Part shown: in pieces, positions 10,160-21,200 of the stretch | Layout: the number at the start of each line of letters is the position of its first letter | Numbering within the stretch: position 1 is the stretch's first letter | Origin: Candidatus Bathyarchaeota archaeon | GTDB lineage: Archaea; Thermoproteota; Bathyarchaeia; Bathyarchaeales; Bathycorpusculaceae | Assembly (NCBI GenBank): GCA_963725855.1 | Contig: CAVSAA010000003.1 | Location: 569,751 to 633,750, forward strand | Reading direction: 5' to 3' | DNA: 64,000 nucleotides | Notes under the pieces: generated by a model | What the model was told of the DNA's origin: nothing | The model's database searches: none | The model's input: the letters and a program-made list of their open reading frames with translations, nothing else | Program-made: the position numbers and the translations under genes

Positions 10160-10624
10160 CTAAACTGTAGCTACAGTTGGGTTGATTATTGTTATGCGGT
10201 GAGCTTCGAGTTTTTTGAAGTGCTCATCAGTGGTGTAGATGGTTGGGGCGTGTTCTTTTGCGGATGCGGCGATTAGGGCATCATTGACGGGGATGTTGTA
10301 TTCTTTTGTCCATTCGACTGCGGTTTGGCATGCTTCCTTTGAAATTGAAAGGTAAATGATGTGTCTTGAATTGAGCAGTGTGCTTATTCTTAATTCGGCT
10401 TCGTTGCAACTTAATATTTTTCTTAGTACTGTGAAAACCTCTGCGATTATTATCGGGTTAACTGCTAAAAAGTAGTTTAATTGTCCTTTTAGTCCCTTAT
10501 TTAGTAGGGTGAGGCATCTTTCATGGCGTTCTTTGTCTGGATAGTTCTTAATCAATGCGTAAACTAAGATGTTTGAATCGACTATTGCGACAAGTTTTGA
10601 TTCAGGGTTGTTTATTCTTCCCAC
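10160..10624 (-). CDS. PIN-domain (VapC-like) toxin
   Basis: IVDSNILVYA, AEV, NDALIAA and TTDEHF acidic PIN motifs. Confidence 0.88.
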   Translation of the reverse strand: MGRINNPESKLVAIVDSNILVYALIKNYPDKERHERCLTLLNKGLKGQLNYFLAVNPIIIAEVFTVLRKILSCNEAELRISTLLNSRHIIYLSISKEACQTAVEWTKEYNIPVNDALIAASAKEHAPTIYTTDEHFKKLEAHRITIINPTVATV

Positions 10625-10875
10625 ATTGTTTCTTCCATTAGTTTATCGAGTTCTTCGGGTGGAATGTAATGTTTGATTTTGGCGGGTTTTTGAAGTATCT
10701 GCCAAAAGGGGTCATCTTCGATTTTTTCTGAGGTGAAGTCCAAGACGTTGACTTTGAAGCTGTGGTTATCTAAGGGTTCGATAATTACGGTGTCGCCTGC
10801 TTTGAGGTGGATTTTGGTTCGTGTTCGTTTGTCGATGACTATGCGGTTTTTCTGGTCGACGCGAGACGTTGCCAT
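10612..10875 (-). CDS. AbrB/MazE-like antitoxin
   Basis: RVDQKNRIVI...LKAGDTV swapped-hairpin signature; overlaps the PIN gene. Confidence 0.8.
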   Translation of the reverse strand: MATSRVDQKNRIVIDKRTRTKIHLKAGDTVIIEPLDNHSFKVNVLDFTSEKIEDDPFWQILQKPAKIKHYIPPEELDKLMEETMWEE

Positions 10876-11233
10876 ATGTTTCCCACCTATTTATCCCATA
10901 TCCACAGAGATAAAACTTTGCCCAATCGAAGCTTGCAACTCATGGCTGATTTATCATACTTTTTTGTTAGGGTTTTTTGAACAGATAACTGCCGAAGGGC
11001 TATGCTAATGCCGACTTGAATACTCCGTCATTATTTGCAAAGAACTCACTGATTCAATAGTTTGAGGCGTTTTCAGCCGCCATGGCATGCTGAAAATCAG
11101 TCTTTGGGATTGCTCGGATTTGTGCATAAGTAATCTTACGCCTTTAAGATTATTCATGGCAATGCGTCACCATACCTGCACGACGGAGTAGAAAAAGTGT
11201 AACGTTAAATTAGCAGAACTCAAATATGCATAG

Positions 11234-12052
11234 TTGGTTACGATTCCCATGAACGATTCAAACCCAGTAATCCTGAAACTTGGCGGCTCAGCAATTACCG
11301 ATAAAACCGGTGAGTTAGCTGCAAAAACCGAAATCATAAATCGGCTAGCAGAAGAAATTAAGCGGGCCGACCTAGACAACCTAATCATAGTACATGGAGG
11401 CGGCAGTTTTGGCCACCCGACCGCAGAGAAATATGGTATAAAAGACGGCTACAATGAAGATTCAACCAAGAAACTGGGGTTTGCCGAAACCCACCACGTA
11501 ATGACTGTTTTAAACGGCTTAGTTATGGATGCGCTTATTTGGCATGAAGTTCCAGCAGTAAGCGTTGCACCATCATCCTGCATGGTAACCGAAAACGGAA
11601 AAGTCAAATTCTTCGACGAAACCGTCTTCAAATCTATGGCAAAAATGACTTTCACCCCAGTTATGTACGGTGACGCAGTCCTTGACGAAAAGCTTGGTTT
11701 CACAATCCTTTCAGGAGACCAGCTCGTTGCTTACTTAGCCCTCAAATACAAAGCTACAAAAATTGTGGTAGGTACAGACACTGACGGCTTATTTGACTGC
11801 GACCCTAAAACCAACCCCAACGCTAAACCTTACAAACACTTAACGTTGGAAGAGCTTAGGGAGATCCAGCCAAAACTCGGCAAAGCGCAAGGCAAAGACG
11901 TTACAGGTGGTATGGCGGGTAAAATAGCTGCATTAATCCCAGCAATCGAGGCGGGTATCCATGTTACTGTTACGGGCGCCACAAAAGGGTTATCTATTTA
12001 CAGAGCCTTAACAGACCAAAGTGTGTTGGGCACTGAAATAGAGAAGGCGTAA
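11234..12052 (+). CDS. Isopentenyl phosphate kinase
   Basis: ILKLGGSAITDK, VHGGGSFGH, SGDQ and DVTGGMAGK; adjacent to fni. Confidence 0.93.
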   Translation: MVTIPMNDSNPVILKLGGSAITDKTGELAAKTEIINRLAEEIKRADLDNLIIVHGGGSFGHPTAEKYGIKDGYNEDSTKKLGFAETHHVMTVLNGLVMDALIWHEVPAVSVAPSSCMVTENGKVKFFDETVFKSMAKMTFTPVMYGDAVLDEKLGFTILSGDQLVAYLALKYKATKIVVGTDTDGLFDCDPKTNPNAKPYKHLTLEELREIQPKLGKAQGKDVTGGMAGKIAALIPAIEAGIHVTVTGATKGLSIYRALTDQSVLGTEIEKA

Positions 12053-12053
12053 G

Positions 12054-13157
12054 ATGGTAGAAGCAACTGGCAAACGCAAAGTTGACCATATCCGTATATG
12101 CTTAGATCGAAAAGCGCAAGCCAAAAACGCCACTACAGGCTTCGAGGATGTTTCGCTAGTTCACCGCGCACTGCCAGAAATCAACAAATCCAAAATCAAC
12201 CTCTCAACCACTTTTTTAGGCAAAAAATTTAGTGCTCCCATTATTGTTGGAGCCATTACTGGAGGCGCTCAAGAAGCAATCGCCATTAACGCTTCTATCG
12301 CTGAAGCCGTCGAGAAGCTCGGGTTAGGCATGGGCTTGGGTAGCCAACGAGCCGCCATCGAAAATAAAAACTTAGAAAAAACTTATCGAGTGGCGCGAGA
12401 TAAAGCCCCAAACGCATTCTTAATCGCTAATGTCGGCGGAGTTCAGCTTGTTCACGGTTACGGCGTTAAAGAAGTAAAAAAAATTGTGCAAATGATTGAC
12501 GCTGACGCCGTTGCAATCCACCTTAACGCTTTGCAGGAAGCAGTACAGCCTGAGGGACAAACTAACTTCCGAGGAGTTCTGGAAAAGATTGGTGAAATTG
12601 CAGGCGCAATCAAGGTACCTGTCATTGTCAAGGAAACTGGTGCAGGAATTTCCTATGAAGATGCCATAGCCCTTGAAAAAGCAGGTGTCAAAGCCATTGA
12701 TGTGGGCGGGGTTGGTGGAACCAGTTTTGCAGCAGTCGAATACTACCGTTCAGACAAGAAAAAAGATATTGTTCAAAATTATTTGGGCGAAGCTTTCTGG
12801 GATTGGGGCATACCCACCGCAGTGAGCCTTGTAGAGAATGCTCAAACCGTCAATTTGCCCTTGATTGCTTCTGGCGGAATACGAAGCGGCACAGACATAG
12901 CCAAAGCCTTAGCTCTTGGAGCAAGCTTGACTGCTGTTTCACAGCCCATCCTTGAAGCAGCAGTAAAAGGCGCCAAAGAAACACAAGAAAAGCTTACATG
13001 TCTAATCGAGGAACTGCGCAACGCCATGTTCCTTGTGGGCACAGAAGAACTGAGTGATTTAAAAAAGTCTCCTGTTGTGATAACTGGAAAAACCGCTCAG
13101 TGGCTTCAAGCTCGCGGGTTCAATATAGAAAAATACGCTAAAAGAGGAGCACACTAA
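12054..13157 (+). CDS. fni: Type 2 isopentenyl-diphosphate isomerase
   Basis: RKVDHI, LGSQR, HLNALQEAVQPEG, KETGAG, GGTSF and WGIPT. Confidence 0.96.
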   Translation: MVEATGKRKVDHIRICLDRKAQAKNATTGFEDVSLVHRALPEINKSKINLSTTFLGKKFSAPIIVGAITGGAQEAIAINASIAEAVEKLGLGMGLGSQRAAIENKNLEKTYRVARDKAPNAFLIANVGGVQLVHGYGVKEVKKIVQMIDADAVAIHLNALQEAVQPEGQTNFRGVLEKIGEIAGAIKVPVIVKETGAGISYEDAIALEKAGVKAIDVGGVGGTSFAAVEYYRSDKKKDIVQNYLGEAFWDWGIPTAVSLVENAQTVNLPLIASGGIRSGTDIAKALALGASLTAVSQPILEAAVKGAKETQEKLTCLIEELRNAMFLVGTEELSDLKKSPVVITGKTAQWLQARGFNIEKYAKRGAH

Positions 13158-13158
13158 C

Positions 13159-14229
13159 TTGGATATCGAAAAGTTCCTTGAAGAAACAGCGCCGCTCGTC
13201 GATAGAGCTATCGAAAAATATATCCCCCGCAAGTTTGGCAAGGATGCAGTTCTCTTCAAAGTTATCCCTCCCATGTATAGCTACACCTTGGAACCCATGA
13301 ACAGAGCGATTGCTGACCCAATATGGGATATGCTTGACCGAGGCGGAAAACGTTGGCGCCCAGCCCTATTCCTTCTGATTTGTGAAGCTCTAGGAAAAAA
13401 AGCAGATTACTGCTTAGACTTCTCAATAATCCCTGAAGTCATCCACAACGGCACATTAGTCATCGACGACATCGAAGACTCCTCCGAAATGCGCCGCGGA
13501 AAGGCTTGCACATACAAGATTTTCCAGATAGACATATCCGTAAACGCTGGAAATGCCATGTATTATCTACCACTTCTACCCCTAATGGCGCAGAGGACAA
13601 AGCTCTCGGCTGAGGTGCAACGGGATGTTTACGAGGTTTACGTTCAGGAAATGATTAACTTGAGCATGGGTCAAGCCATGGATATCGCGTGGCATAGGGG
13701 CATAGCAAACGCCAACGATCTTACAGAAGATGATTACTTACAGATGTGCGCCTACAAGACAGGTACCTTAGCCCGAATGGCAGCAAAAATGGCTGCAATC
13801 ATAGCATGTGCAGACCCCAAACTCGTTGAAAAACTTGGGCGATTTGCCGAAAGCATCGGCGTGGCTTTCCAGATGCAGGATGACATCTTAGATTTGACGG
13901 GGCAAGAGTTCGCCAAAAAAAAGGGCGGCGTCGGACAAGACATCACAGAGGGCAAGCGCTCACTAATGGTTATTTTTACGCTCAAGAAGGCCAACAGCAA
14001 AGACAAAAAACGGCTAATCCAAATCCTAAACTTGCATACCTCTGACCAAGTTCTCCGCGATGAAGCCATAGCATTGATGCAGAAGTACGGTGCCATGGAA
14101 TACGTCAAGCAAACCGCGGAACGAATGGTTATGGAGAGTTGGAATGAAGTAGAAAAACTGTTGCCTACGCCTCAAGCTAAGGAAAAATTAAAAGCGTTCG
14201 CTGAATTCTTGATACAACGAAGCAGGTAA
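13159..14229 (+). CDS. idsA: Geranylgeranyl diphosphate synthase (polyprenyl synthetase)
   Basis: GGKRWRP, DDIED..RRG, KTG and FQMQDDILD. Confidence 0.92.
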   Translation: MDIEKFLEETAPLVDRAIEKYIPRKFGKDAVLFKVIPPMYSYTLEPMNRAIADPIWDMLDRGGKRWRPALFLLICEALGKKADYCLDFSIIPEVIHNGTLVIDDIEDSSEMRRGKACTYKIFQIDISVNAGNAMYYLPLLPLMAQRTKLSAEVQRDVYEVYVQEMINLSMGQAMDIAWHRGIANANDLTEDDYLQMCAYKTGTLARMAAKMAAIIACADPKLVEKLGRFAESIGVAFQMQDDILDLTGQEFAKKKGGVGQDITEGKRSLMVIFTLKKANSKDKKRLIQILNLHTSDQVLRDEAIALMQKYGAMEYVKQTAERMVMESWNEVEKLLPTPQAKEKLKAFAEFLIQRSR

Positions 14230-14239
14230 AGCGAGCGTC

Positions 14240-15997
14240 TTGGATTTGGCATTAGAAAATGATACTGAATTACGTGAGTTTATTCGAAAAGCCGCACTGT
14301 TGAACGCGGTTGGACACGATGGGAAAGCGCAGGCAGGTGCTATGGTTGGAAAGATTCTCGGTGAGAAAGCTGAGCTCCGTAGCCGCGTCAAAGAACTCTC
14401 AGGTGTCATTAATGCGGTTGTTAATGAAATTAACAATTTATCGCCGGTTGAGCAGAAGACGATTGTAGAGAAAAACTGGCCTGAAACCCAAAAGAAAGAA
14501 AAAGTCGAAGAAAAACATCTGCCACCATTACCCAACGCCGACAAGTATAAACAGATAGTTACGCGGTTTTCACCAAACCCTGACTGCGTTTTGCATTTGG
14601 GATCTGCACGAGCTATCCTTCTCAGCCACGAGTACGCTCGATTGTACAATGGCAAATTCATCCTTCGCTTCGAAGACACCGACCCAAAAATCAAAAAACC
14701 AGCCCTAAAATTCTACGACAGCATCCGTCAAGACTTGAAATGGTTAGGCTGTAAAGTCAACGAAGAATACATACAAAGTGACCGTCTTCCCATCTACTAC
14801 CAGTACACCGAGAAATTGGTAGGCGACGGCAACGCATACGTCTGCGAATGTATCCCTGAAGAATTTCGAAAAACAACCTTAGCCAAACAGCCTTGTCCCT
14901 GCCGAAACCTGTCAGCATCAGAGCAACTGGAGCGTTGGCACCGCATGTTAAACGGCGCCTATCTAGAAGGGCAAGCTGTGGTTCGTGTTAAAACTGAGCT
15001 TGAACATCCTAACCCTGCCATCCGTGATTGGCCAGCTTTACGTATAATAGACACCAAAAAATATCCTCATCCGCGAGTGGGAAGCAAGTATATAGTTTGG
15101 CCTCTCTACAACCTCGCAGCGGGTTTGGATGACCACTTGATGGGAGTGACTCATATAATCCGCGGCAAGGAACATTACACTAACATGGTCCGCCAAAAAT
15201 ACATGTATCAGCATTTGGGCTGGGAATATCCTGAAGCTATCCATTACGGGCGGCTAAAGATCACAGGTGCAGCATTAAGTAAATCCAAAATTGTTGCTGG
15301 TATAAAAGAAGGAGATTACGCGGACTTTGATGATCCGCGACTAGGAACGTTCCAAGCGCTCAGAAAACGCGGTATTACGCCTGAAGCCATCAAAAAAATG
15401 ATAGTCGACGTTGGCATAAAACCAAACGACGTCACATTAAGCTGGGAAAACCTCTATTCTTATAACCGCAAAATCCTCGACGCTACAAGCAACCGCTACT
15501 TCTTCGTTGCGAAGCCAACAAAACTTAAAGTCAAGGGAGTACCCAAAGCCTTCCAGGCTAAATTGCCCCTGCACTCTGAGCATCTCGAACGTGGCTTCAG
15601 AGAATACACCATCGTTCCCGAAGGTGAAGAGAACTCGGTCACTTTATGGATTTCGCAAAAAGACGCCCAAGCCATTGAGACTGAGCAGGCAATCAGGCTT
15701 ATGGAGCTCTTCAACATAAAAATATTAGAAAAATCCGACAGTTGCGTTATCGCCGTCTACACCGGCGAATCATACGAAGACGTGCGAAAAATCAAAGTCC
15801 ATCTGATCCAATGGATACCTAAAGGCACTGAGTACCCCACCCAAGTCATTAATCAGGACGCCTCAGTTACCGAGGGATTTGCTGAATCTGACTGCAAAAA
15901 GTTAAAGCCAGACGCCATCATACAGTTTGAACGCTTCGGCTTTGTCCACGTAACCGAAGTTGGAGAAAAACTAGTAGTCTATTACTCTCAAAAATAG
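14240..15997 (+). CDS. gltX: Glutamate--tRNA ligase
   Basis: RFSPNPDCVLHLGS (HIGH-like), LRFEDTD, IRGKEH, LSKS and QFERFGF. Confidence 0.96.
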   Translation: MDLALENDTELREFIRKAALLNAVGHDGKAQAGAMVGKILGEKAELRSRVKELSGVINAVVNEINNLSPVEQKTIVEKNWPETQKKEKVEEKHLPPLPNADKYKQIVTRFSPNPDCVLHLGSARAILLSHEYARLYNGKFILRFEDTDPKIKKPALKFYDSIRQDLKWLGCKVNEEYIQSDRLPIYYQYTEKLVGDGNAYVCECIPEEFRKTTLAKQPCPCRNLSASEQLERWHRMLNGAYLEGQAVVRVKTELEHPNPAIRDWPALRIIDTKKYPHPRVGSKYIVWPLYNLAAGLDDHLMGVTHIIRGKEHYTNMVRQKYMYQHLGWEYPEAIHYGRLKITGAALSKSKIVAGIKEGDYADFDDPRLGTFQALRKRGITPEAIKKMIVDVGIKPNDVTLSWENLYSYNRKILDATSNRYFFVAKPTKLKVKGVPKAFQAKLPLHSEHLERGFREYTIVPEGEENSVTLWISQKDAQAIETEQAIRLMELFNIKILEKSDSCVIAVYTGESYEDVRKIKVHLIQWIPKGTEYPTQVINQDASVTEGFAESDCKKLKPDAIIQFERFGFVHVTEVGEKLVVYYSQK

Positions 15998-16321
15998 GTG
16001 AAAGATATGCGTAAACTCGATAAAGCAATAATTTGGCCAGTCTACTTCGACGTAAACAAATCACGTGAGGAAGGGCGCCGCGTTTCAAAAAATCAAGCAG
16101 TGATGTCTCCAAGAATCTTAGAACTCAAAGAAGCCGCCGACAAGCTGGGCTTACAAAACGAGCTGATTGTTGACGCCCATTTTCCCAAGTCACCTTGGGC
16201 TAAGTCGGGAATGTTGCTTCTAGAGAAGCAAGAAGCTAAAGAAGCAATAATCAAAAAGTTAGCAAAACAGCTATTGAAGATTAGGAGCCAGCAACAGCCG
16301 GCTAACATCAAAAAACATTAA
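15998..16321 (+). CDS. srp19: Signal recognition particle 19 kDa protein
   Basis: IWPVYFD..KSREEGRRV. Confidence 0.93.
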   Translation: MKDMRKLDKAIIWPVYFDVNKSREEGRRVSKNQAVMSPRILELKEAADKLGLQNELIVDAHFPKSPWAKSGMLLLEKQEAKEAIIKKLAKQLLKIRSQQQPANIKKH

Positions 16322-16330
16322 AAGAAATTT

Positions 16331-16723
16331 CTAGGCTTTTTCTTTAGTTATCAGGACTGCGTTGATTACTCCATCGCTACCGGGTCTGCTTGTGACTTTC
16401 GCCAATCCTAGTGCAGTTTCGATTTCTGCACCTTTTGTTATAACCCCCCGTCGGTTGTAGTCGACGTTTGCTGCGTTTTTAGCAACTCGAGTAATTTCTG
16501 TTTTTTCGGTTTTACCGCTTTTTGGGTCAGTGACAGAGGCGAACTTGTCCGTTAAAGCTTTGATTTTGCCGTTTCCACCCATTCCCCTTGTGGTCTTGCG
16601 TTTTGGTTCACCCAACACTGTTTCTGCTGGGAACCCACCTGCTTCATACTTTTTCTTGCTGCGGTAAGCTCGTTTTTTGCCGCCGGTAAGTTTTCTTTTG
16701 CGTAAACTGCTATGAGTAGACAT
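16331..16723 (-). CDS. rps8e: 30S ribosomal protein eS8
   Basis: RKLTGG, RRGVITKGA and VTSRPGSDGVINAVL. Confidence 0.96.
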   Translation of the reverse strand: MSTHSSLRKRKLTGGKKRAYRSKKKYEAGGFPAETVLGEPKRKTTRGMGGNGKIKALTDKFASVTDPKSGKTEKTEITRVAKNAANVDYNRRGVITKGAEIETALGLAKVTSRPGSDGVINAVLITKEKA

Positions 16724-16932
16724 ATTCTACCTATCCTTAAATGCGTAGCAACTAAAACCGATGTTTTCAATATAAATCTATCCGTTTAAGGACACCTATT
16801 CTGTGCCTCTACAGCTTTCTGTTTAATGTTTTGGCAGAAAACCCATATTGACCCAATACAACGGCTTATCGTAAAGATCACTTTTTGTCATATAGATCGA
16901 GTCAGGGAGTTTCTATCGTGACAAACGACAGC

Positions 16933-17598
16933 CTACGCTTGCTTGAAAGTATTATCTTGGTTTTCTTGCTCTGTTTCTTTTTGTTGTTTTTCTGACGCAT
17001 CTTCTTTGATGGCTTCGCTGAAAATCTTCTTGAGGTCCTTCTTCATAACATACGTGTCTGTAGTTAAGCCGAAGTAATCTGAGAAGTAATCCGTAGTTTT
17101 TAGAGCCAAAGTACGGCCACTTCGCTCGGACAATATCAACCCCATATCCTTGAGCAACTTTACATGCCCATAAGCGTGTTGCCCTCGGACTTCAATTACT
17201 CGTTTCTGTGAAATAGGTTGCCGATAAGCAATGTAAGAGAGCGTCTTTAGTGGACCCGATGATAGCAAAGGTCGGTTCACAAGCTTTTTGATTAGGGGAG
17301 TAAATTCTGCTTTCACCTGCAGAACATAGCGCTCATCTTTTAACGCCAAAATTTCCAGTGCTCTGCTACGTTCCTTGTACTCCAACATAAGTGTATCTAA
17401 GTATATTTGTGTCCTTTTTTTGGAGCGGCTCCCAACCACTTGGCAGAGTTCATTTAGGTCAAGGGGGCGACCAGCAATATAGAGCGCAGCCTCCAGCAAT
17501 GCTAAATGATGTGCTTTTCGCTCGTTTTCATGGGTCGCCTCAGCTTCAGGATTCGAAGTTGGGCTCGGTTTAACTACTGAATTTTTCGGGTTTTCCAA
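16933..17598 (-). CDS. scpB: SMC-Scp complex subunit ScpB
   Basis: LEAALY, LKTLSYIAYRQPI, RG..AY.HV and TT..F..YFGL. Confidence 0.93.
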   Translation of the reverse strand: MENPKNSVVKPSPTSNPEAEATHENERKAHHLALLEAALYIAGRPLDLNELCQVVGSRSKKRTQIYLDTLMLEYKERSRALEILALKDERYVLQVKAEFTPLIKKLVNRPLLSSGPLKTLSYIAYRQPISQKRVIEVRGQHAYGHVKLLKDMGLILSERSGRTLALKTTDYFSDYFGLTTDTYVMKKDLKKIFSEAIKEDASEKQQKETEQENQDNTFKQA

Positions 17599-18292
17599 CG
17601 TTTAGTTTCCCCACAGCTATGTAGAGTTCCTCTGTTTCCTCGTTTTGCCATAGGCTAACTAAGCCATCCTGCGCAAGGAACAAGAGATAGATAAACATTC
17701 TGAGCGCTTCGATGCGGGTTGCGTTCCTGGTGAGGGTTGTGAAGTCGATGATGCCTTGTCCACCCGTTTTCTCGACGAGCAACGCATATAATTTGTCCAC
17801 TTGGAACTCGAGTTCGGCGATGAATTTGTCAAATTTCGGAAGCAAATCCGTAACTGCTGGCAGGACGGGGTGCTGCTCAACCACGTGGTTTAGGGCAAGC
17901 AGTTTTTCGCCTTTTAGTACGTCATCTAAGACTTCGAGTAGGTGCTGGATGGTTGTGGATGTCAACTCATGGCGCAGCGGCAGGAATAGGGGTGGTGGAA
18001 CAAAATCCGTTGGTACCTTAGGCAACACTGGCGGTGGCTCCTGTAATGTGAGAAGAAGCTTGGACTTCATAAGGTAAATCAGAGCGGAAGAATCCAAAGC
18101 TACGCCTGAAGCGCGAAAATCGACCTTGTCAGGTGCAGATTTCTCCATCTCTAAAAGAAATGATCTAAGGAGGTAGGCTATGTTAACGTTCCATGGGGTG
18201 AGTTTTTCTAGTTTGCTGATTTCGAATAGTATGTTCCAAGGGGGACGCAAGTAGAATGGTCGTCTCATTGGGGTCGTGGAGGTAGTTGCCAT
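17570..18292 (-). CDS. scpA: SMC-Scp kleisin subunit ScpA
   Basis: PWNVNI...L..KS..L N-terminal domain and FIYLLFLA.DG.V.L.Q C-terminal winged helix; lies between smc and scpB. Confidence 0.88.
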   Translation of the reverse strand: MATTSTTPMRRPFYLRPPWNILFEISKLEKLTPWNVNIAYLLRSFLLEMEKSAPDKVDFRASGVALDSSALIYLMKSKLLLTLQEPPPVLPKVPTDFVPPPLFLPLRHELTSTTIQHLLEVLDDVLKGEKLLALNHVVEQHPVLPAVTDLLPKFDKFIAELEFQVDKLYALLVEKTGGQGIIDFTTLTRNATRIEALRMFIYLLFLAQDGLVSLWQNEETEELYIAVGKLNVGKPEKFSS

Positions 18293-21200
18293 CTAGTGTG
18301 GTGCCTCCTGCGGTAACTTTGCTGTCACCACGTTTGAGATTCCATTACGTTCATAGACACCATAGACTCTCTGTGCTTTGTTAACCATTTCGGGTCGCAG
18401 ACTTATTACTATGAACTGGATTTTTTCCGCTTCTTCAAGAAGTACCTCGGCTAGTTTTGTTGTGTGGTAAGCGTCTAAGTGGGCGTCAACTTCGTCTAGG
18501 ATGTAGAAGGCTGCAGGCGAGAATTCTTTTAGAGAGAATATGAAGGCGACTGCTGCAACGGAGCGTTCGCCGCCGCTTGCACCGCTTACAACGATGGATG
18601 GCTTGTTTGGGAATTGCACCAGCATGTCGATGCCGCCTGAGAAGGGTTCCTCTGGGTTTTCAAGTTTGAATGTTGCTTCTCCACCGCCTGTGAGCTTGGC
18701 AAAGTAAACTTTTAGGCTGATGTTGATTTTATCAAACGCATTCATGAAAACCTTGCGTTTCTTGGCTTCTATCTCATCCATGAACGCTACAATGGCTTGC
18801 TTTTCCCGCTCAAGCTCGTTTAGGCGAACGGAAAGTTCTCGGTAACGTGAAATCTGGTCAGAATAATGCTGGGCAGCCAGCTGGTTGATGGCGCCAATGC
18901 GTTCCATTTCAAACTGCATCATGCGGATAGTTGTTTCTGCTTCCTGAACCTGACGAGGGTTAGTTTCCAAGGTCTGCTCGTAACCAAACTGCCTAAGTTG
19001 TCCTTGAAGATTCTGAAGCCTGAGCTGGGTAGTTTCTGCGCCTAGGTTAAGTTGGTTTAGAAGCCGCTCCGCTTGCTCGTATTCTGTATCTAAAAGTCGC
19101 AGTTCCCCATCTATTGAATCGATTTGAGAGGTGAATTTTTTAGATTCCTCACGCGCGGATAGCACAGCTTTGGAAAGTTCTAACCGGCTCTTCTCTAACT
19201 CGTCAGTTTCTTTTTTGATTGCCTCGCGTTCAAGCAATGCATCGGCAACTTCTTTCTCAAGCTTGCCCTTCTGTTGATCCATCCTTGAAAGTTGAATCTT
19301 AGTATTCTTGTAGCTAACACGCAGAACCCTATCAAACTGTGATTGGTGAGTAGAAATTTCTGTTTGCATGGAACCGATTCGTTGTCTTAGAGTGTTGGCT
19401 TCTTCGCCTAGTTTTTCTCTTTGAACCTCAAGCTCCTGAATGTGTGCCACATCGGTTCTTAGTCGTAGGTTTGCGATGTCTGTGTGTATTTTTTTGAGGC
19501 TACCTTGGATGGAGTTGCGTTCGTTTAAGAACATGGTCATTCGGCCTTTGTAGGCGGCTGCTTCACGTTCAAGTTTACCGCCAAATTTGTCGATATGACG
19601 GATGTTGAATTGTGTTCTTTTGACGCCGCGTTTTATTCTAATTATTTCTCTATCTAAGGTAGCGATGGAGTCGGAGAGCCGTGTGATCTCAATTTTGGCG
19701 TGTTCCAGTTCTTCTTCGATGCCTACAATGTCAGTGCCGCGTTGCGTAAGGTGGGTCTGGAGTGCTTTAACCGCTTCATCGAGGCTCTTTAGTGCTCCCT
19801 CACTTGGTATAATCGTTGAGAAGTCAATTGGTGCACGGTAGTAGCCGCTTTCAAATGCACCTGGTTCATAAAGATCGCCGTTAACTGTGACTGTGCGGTA
19901 GCCTTCGTTTGATAGGGCAAAAGCGGTCTTATCGTTCGAAGCAACGATTGTGTCTCCGAAAACATAATGGACTGCCAGTTCAAAGTTGCCGTCGTATTTA
20001 ATGAAGCTGGAGAGGGGTCCCATTATACCTTCCCGTTTTGGCGGCGACTTGTTTTTTATAGTGATGGCGCCTTGGAGAGGGATGATTTTAATTCTTCCAA
20101 GCTTCATGCGCCTTAGAGTCTCAAAGCAGGTAAAAGCAGTGTCTATATCTTTTACGACTAGAGCATCCAACCATCCTGTTGCGGCTGCTTCGATAGCTTT
20201 CTTGAAGCTCTTATCAATTTTTATCAGGCTACGGAGTCTCCCATAAATGCCTGAGATTGCTCCTACTTTGCTCATTTCCTCGATACCTCGCAGGGCTTTT
20301 TCTTCAGCGGCGATTGTTGCTGCAAGGTCTCTTTGGGTGGCAAACTCTATCACGGCGTCTTTTGCGGAACTTGCGATTTTTTCAGCTTCAGCTATTTCTT
20401 TTTGAACGGTTTCTTTTTGGAGTTTCTTCCGCTCTATTGTGTTTTCAAGGTTTTTAAGTTGTATCTTTTGGTCATGTTGCACATGTTCAAGTTCAGATAG
20501 TGATTTTTCTATTTCAACTTGGCTTATTTGGAATTTTTCTTTCCGCACATTTAGATTTTTAAGTCTCCCAGTGCATAGCCGTAGTGCGGCTTTGTCTTGT
20601 TTGTATTCAGAGCGCAGATACGCCAGCCGTTTGAGGTGCTCTTGAGTCTGGTTATCTAGGGCACGGATTTGTTGGTTGTTGCCGTCCAGTCCTCCCCAAA
20701 GCTGAGCGGTTTCCTTTGCCAACGTTTCATGTGCGACTTGTTTTTCTGCCAGCAGAACTTTGAGTTTTTCAAGTTCACTTCGGAACGAACGGATTCTAAG
20801 GCGATTTTCCCTAATTTCCTTCTGTAAAGTGTCGTGTTGGGTTAGGTTGTTTTCTCTTATCCGTTTGAAGCTTTCAAGGCTAACTTGCCCCGAACTAATC
20901 TTGGTCGCCAACTCAGTTAGCTTGGATTTTAACTCGCCAACTTTTATTTGGACTTTGAGAACCTCTGAGCCGCCTTGCTCTAAGCCTTCTCCGCTGAGTT
21001 TTCTCCATTCACCCTCGATATCATGACGTTTTCCCCTTCGTAGGTCTCGTTGTTCTTTTAGTTTGTCAACTCTTTCTTTGACTTTTAGGGTTTGAGCTGT
21101 GTTTTCATTTATTTTTGTGTTCAATTGAGTGATGTCGTTTGATATTTTGACGGCTTGAAATTTTCGGGTTTCAATTTGGATGAAGTTGTAGCGTAAGAGT

